From NCBI RefSeq assembly GCF_052425735.1, contig NC_135762.1:6944001-7008000 (forward strand): a stretch of DNA of 64,000 nt, in the 5' to 3' direction. Positions 59,565 to 64,000 of the stretch are shown one piece after another (position 1 is the first letter of the stretch; every line of letters begins with the position of its first letter). This DNA is from Oculina patagonica (lineage: Eukaryota). The notes beneath the pieces were generated by a model that ran no database searches, was not told the origin of the DNA, and was given only the letters and a program-made list of their open reading frames with translations. A program made the translations under genes and the position numbers.

Positions 59565-62500
59565 GACTGGCAAATGAAAAAAAAAAACTTCTGAGATACA
59601 TGAAATACAAGTTTAGATTGAGTATAAGCAGAAACCCATATGTGTTGAAACGTGTAACGCGCGTTCACAGCGTTTGAATATTCAGTTTTGCCAAGTACCA
59701 TATTTGGATACACGAAGAGTTTGTACGCGAACGCTTTACACACGTAATGGGACACGCAACAGCATTTTCGGTTAGTTACTTAGATTCCGACCTAAATGAA
59801 GTAAATTTCTTACAGGAACTAAAGAAATTCGTTAAGTGTATCCAAGTGAAGTTCTACAGACTACTTAACGACGATAAAACAGGAGAGTTTGACCAAATTT
59901 AATTTTATTTAACCAAGCTTGTTCATACGCCATCGAGCGCGAGCTTGCAACTTTAATTGGTTAATTTTTTCGCCTGATTTTCTAAATATGGAACTTAATG
60001 GAAACGAATGTTCAAACGCTTTGTACCATGCGAATCATAGGTAGTTACACGTTTCAACCCTTATGGGTTTCTGGTATAAGCCTTTTCCAAAGTTCAAAAT
60101 AAAAAAACCCAAGCCAACCAATTATTTAGAAATTGACCCCCTTAACAAGAATTGAAGCAAAACAAAAAGTACATCTACCGAGTGTTTTTGCCAAACGCTC
60201 TGCTCAAGGCTCTCAAAGTCTTCCAGTTTCTCTAATTAAAACTTTTTTTTTTTTTTTAGCAATTTCGCCTTGCTGGAACACAAATAATTTTCCAGGTCAA
60301 TGAAAGCGAGATAGAAATTTATTGACTGATAACAGGCATTCAAAATGTTTGTAATAGCTATTCAATTATCGTACACTTTAAACTTTTCGTCAAACTGACA
60401 AAAACCTACTGCATGGAAACTGCAATCGTTACGAAATTTTAGTCAGAACAAAAAAGGCAAGATAGTGCTGAAAACCTCGTTCGTAAATTGCTCCAAAGAA
60501 TGATAGAAATACAACTGAATCAACAACGCGAACTTACAATAGCTGAATAACCAAATCTTACTTGAGTTCAACGATGGGTGAAGTTTTCTTCAGTTCGTCT
60601 CTTCGGCTTGGTCTGTATCCTCTACAGTGTCTGCACAAAGATAGCTGATGGAGAGACCCTGCCCAATTTATGCCCACATTAGGTTGTTTAATAGTAATAA
60701 GGTTGTTTTAAGCTCATGGCGGATTTCCATGGTTTTCTTTTATAGATAAAAAAATAACCGCCATTTGTTATACATGAAGGACTGATCGCCGGTCAAAATA
60801 AATTACTAAGACGTCATGTAATATTAAAACGGGCTTTTTGCACGAAAGGTAAGGCAAATCATTTGTATTCATATCACGCGTGGCAAGGCAATGCTGAAGT
60901 CCATGAAACAAGCATGCGTAAAGCACACCACATTTGATAACAAAAACGAGTGACTCTCTTCCTACGGACACTGACCCGTTGTTGAATTATCTAATCCAAT
61001 TATCATATTGCTTGGCAAAGTTCTAGATTAGTGTCTCGATTAGTGGCAGTGTGTTTTTTTCTTACTCGGTGTCCAAAGGAGTACCTAAGGTCTAAAACAT
61101 ATTGAACACTTGCTTGGAATGTGATTTAATAGCTTGTTTTCTTGCCTCTCAAATCCATTGTTCCTTCTTTAGGCGCCGAGCGAAAATTAACCCATATCTC
61201 AGATATCTCAATATAGTATTGTTCAATAACCTAGGAAAACTTAACTTTTCTACGTTTCGACGTTGTTTATTTTTATCATTTGGTTTTTGTTGTCTGCCTA
61301 ACTCGCTATAAAACGAAACGAATTTCCAAAAAAAAAACAATCCCAAATAACCGAGAGTTATTATTAAATACCGAACAAGTAGGAAAAATCAACGCAATGA
61401 AAACAACACTTTGCCTGACGTGTCTGTTTAACCATTGTTACAGTTTAGAAAATCACATTTTCGTTCATTAGTCACAATTAATATCGTGTAAAATTTGCTG
61501 GGTAACTTTTTGTATTCTCTAGAAAAAAATTCTTAGCTTCTTATGTCTTCTTAACATCATTGCCACTGTCCGAACGTTCAGTGAACTTTAATACGAATAG
61601 TAATTTAGCCCCCTACACTGACCCCGATCGACCTTTAAGCTCTTTAGACATTCACTCTCATATTAAGTTCTCCTAAAACTTAATATGTACTAACTCTTTT
61701 ATTTTTGTCGAGAATTAGCAAACGTTGTGGAAAAAGTGTCGGTAAAAAACATCTTTCGACTTCTGTCTGGTGGTTATGCAAAATACAGGAATTGATTACA
61801 AAGAAGGGTATGTCTTCAGTACTCATTTTGTCTTGTGATAAATAAATGCAGATTGCTGCAGGGTAAAAACTCCTACGTGGGGTTAAACATGTATTGAGGA
61901 AGAACCATACACAACTTATATGCCTTACATTTGAATCAACCACATTATCAGGTGATAATGTTTCGACGTTTCGATATATATTTTTTGTTTGTCCACACTC
62001 GGTGTTCTTTTGGAAGAAATTCAAATTACATATAATTCTTTTTTCTAAAACAAAAGAGCGTGAATTTCTCTGTGTAACTTGTTAACAACTTCACCTCTGC
62101 TCGTTACTGAAACACTTTACATTCATCAGAAAACAACGGGGTGCTTTCAAATTTTAAATTTTTTAGGATATCTTAGAGGATCAGTGATATGATGCCGAAA
62201 TAAATGAGAGGTCTGTTTCAAATGAGAAATACTACTTTACTACTATAAGTTACCTAGCAACAGGCGCTCTAATGAGTACTTCGCAATTGAGGTCTGCACG
62301 ACTAATATTTTTTTCACGGTTTTTAAAACCAAAAAAGAAAAGTCAAAGCAACAGAGTAATAGGTTTCTATAAGTGTTGTTATTTTAAAAAGTATGTTAAC
62401 TTAGGAACCACGATTTTTAATAAGTGACATAAAACATTGAATTAAAAAAAATCGTTTTCAACGCTACAAATTCAAGTAAATCATTGAAACGGAATAATCA

Positions 62501-63453
62501 AAAGCGGATAGTTATTATATAACTGCCATCATTTTGTCTATATTGTGAGGTTTTTTTTACACATTTACAGACGAAGCTTTAAGATACACAAAGACAGTGA
62601 CAGTAAAACCCGTTGCTTTGAATGTGTCGCTATGGCAGCCCTATTATGTATTGTTAGTAATCCGGGCGGTGAAACTTCAAGCAACACCGCCCAATCACTA
62701 AAATTGAAAACATAACACCATTACGACCGTTAGAGGAATTACATAAACTTAGACACGTACAAGGGATATAATGTCTTTTCCTTCTAACCAGATCTACACA
62801 CCAAGTTTTACATCAACAGCGAATTACAGCGTAAAATATCGCTGTATTTGTTTTGTCGTGTTTTGCGGGTAAACGCGTGCGTAACGCTTATGAAAAAAAA
62901 TATATGTAGTTTTATACCGGGCCTTCAGCACGAAAAGCGTTCTAGTTTAGAAAAGCTTTTCTTTGGCCGTTGTGCAAAATGCAGAATGATTTAAAAAAAG
63001 GGTACGTTTTCATTGTTGATTTTGTCTCGTGTTAATGTTTGTAGCACGAGGGATAGACTTGCCACAAGTCGACCTCGCGAGTTTTTGGAGTAAATAAGCG
63101 AGCGAAGCGAGCCTTTTAGGTCGCGAGATCGAGTGACGAAGTCGTCCCGGCGCGCCATAATAAACAAGACGAAGGACTTTATTGAAAGTCTACACGAGAG
63201 ATGGCGCAAATCGAAACTTAACTTGGTTCTGAGAGAGTTTTCACACCCATTTTGTGGTGCGGATTGAAACGAAAGCCCTTGTAGAATTTGCAATGATGTC
63301 TGCGAAATAAGGGTATGACTGCGAATAGTTATTTTACAAGGAATAAACGGAACGCGACGAAAAGGCCATCGGTTGTAATACTGTAAAAGAGAGTAGGGTA
63401 ATTTAATTCGTGTTCAGGGTTAAGGACAAAAGACCACAAAATGAACGCTTTTA

Positions 63454-63666
63454 GAGGGGGGCAAAGGGTTTATGCATGACACGTGAAAAGGGCAAAAATT
63501 AGTCCGTGACGCGTGAAAATAGGGCAAAAATTAGACTGTGACGCGTGAAAAATAGTTAGAAAAGAAACGTGATCCGTGAATTCTGCTGTTTCAAGTATAC
63601 GTGACACGTGAATTTGGTTAAAACTTGTGCGTGAAACGGGATCACGAACCCCCCTTTGGTACCCTC
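63454..63666. mobile_element. MITE with GAGGG termini, 6-bp TSD
   Basis: TSD CTTTTA at 63448-63453 and 63667-63672; internal cgtgac.cgtgaa repeats. Confidence 0.82.
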
Positions 63667-64000
63667 CTTTTAGACTAAACACAAAAAAGCCAGGATGCAG
63701 TTCGCATTCGTTGTGAACAATGGCAAGTAAGCACCGATAATTTAAAAAAGCATTGGTGGCAGTTTAAGACCTCAGTAAAGCAAACGCACTAAGATGGACG
63801 AGGATTTCTTTTCAACATGCGAAATGTCCGAATTTAGATGGCAGAGAAAATGGCGGAGGCTGACTAGGATCCTTAAAGCAAAATACAACAATTGATTAAA
63901 AAGAATGGTGCGTTTTTGGTGCTGAATTTGTGTCGTTTTTGATAAGTTTTGTATCAAGACATGGCACACTGTGCAATGAATATTTTATTAATCTTGCCAA

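Noticed and set aside
60750-64000. Short ORFs in the last 3 kb
   Set aside because: No recognisable motifs or convincing splice structure; treated as intergenic/repeat.

Overview
AT-rich, repeat-dense animal genomic DNA, probably cnidarian (stony-coral-like); this is inferred from the SINE/MITE types and a ShKT gene, not proven. Three paralogues of an intronless ~1230-aa membrane protein gene dominate the window. The protein has a signal peptide, Pmp/pectin-lyase-like beta-helix repeats (FxxN...GG[A/G]I), a Cys-rich stalk and ~9 TM helices. Copy A (108-5475, +) has two insertions and several 1-bp indels. Copy B (15097-18801, +) is intact. Copy C (42520-26597, -) is split by a 12.2-kb EnSpm/CACTA (CMC) transposon (27048-39267) with 28-bp TIRs, GTGATCAC subterminal arrays, a near-intact transposase and a decayed second gene. 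Further right lie a promethin/LDAF1-like gene (48662-49252, +), nested MITEs and a LINE fragment. A spliced gene missed by the ORF track (59564-58086, -) encodes a 92-aa secreted peptide with two ShKT domains and uses a 6-nt micro-exon. Several stretches (3.8-5.0, 31.9-33.5, 38.3-38.8 kb) look like poor consensus, so single-base indels should be checked against reads. All domain calls are by eye.
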